From NCBI GenBank assembly GCA_965216665.1, contig OZ244194.1, positions 2,232,368-2,296,367 of the forward strand: a stretch of DNA of 64,000 bases, written 5' to 3'. The position numbers were made by a program, and so were the translations under genes. The notes beneath the pieces were generated by a model that saw nothing but the letters and a program-made list of their open reading frames with translations, had not been told where the DNA came from and made no database searches. Numbering within the stretch: position 1 is the stretch's first letter; each line of letters begins with the position of its first letter. Positions 63,993 through 64,000 of the stretch are shown piece after piece. Origin of the DNA: Arenicellales bacterium. GTDB lineage: Bacteria > Pseudomonadota > Gammaproteobacteria > Arenicellales > JAANXG01.

Positions 63993-64000
63993 TTGTCGCC

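Noticed and set aside
1-64000. Mobile elements, prophage or integron signatures (transposase, integrase, terminal inverted repeats, att sites).
   Set aside because: No ORF has DDE, tyrosine or serine recombinase motifs, or phage structural motifs. No tRNA gene or flanking direct repeats were seen. The only scars are the DsrC-LacI deletion junction and the 33-bp duplication.

Overview
High-GC, gene-dense chromosomal segment with about 55 protein-coding genes. I found no rRNA, tRNA, CRISPR array, transposase or integrase. The gene content is a DsrC/TusE-like remnant, a dissimilatory-type ATP sulfurylase, several c-type cytochromes and two TRAP transporters. This suggests (inference only) a sulfur-oxidising, possibly halophilic gammaproteobacterium. 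Main blocks, left to right:
- A decayed DsrC-LacI junction, then panE.
- A TRAP transporter with an IclR regulator.
- A GAF/nucleotidyl-cyclase/TIR fusion gene, divergent from a MocR-type regulator.
- A second TRAP transporter with a USP gene.
- A membrane dihaem-c/cupredoxin fusion.
- phoU, pit and a DUF47 gene.
- A 9-kb dNTP-supply cluster: dcd, split nrdJ, nrdB, nrdA.
- An operon with overlapping stop and start codons: MFS, CHAD, ParA-like, CYTH, esterase.
- sat and a DAHP synthase gene.
- ppk1, phnN and ppx.
- Redox and cytochrome genes, a long Lhr helicase, an unpartnered NorD/CbbO-like vWA protein, dinB, msrB, mltD and a CRTAC1/FG-GAP gene.

The two strongest candidates for undescribed biology are:
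1. The single-polypeptide GAF-cyclase-TIR protein (9218-10825).
2. The CHAD/ParA-like/CYTH operon (32383-37419), which may be a polyphosphate-granule positioning module within a phosphate/polyP-rich neighbourhood.

All functional calls come from reading motifs in the translated ORFs. No database search was run. Start codons are my best choice from SD sequences and alignment logic and may be off.
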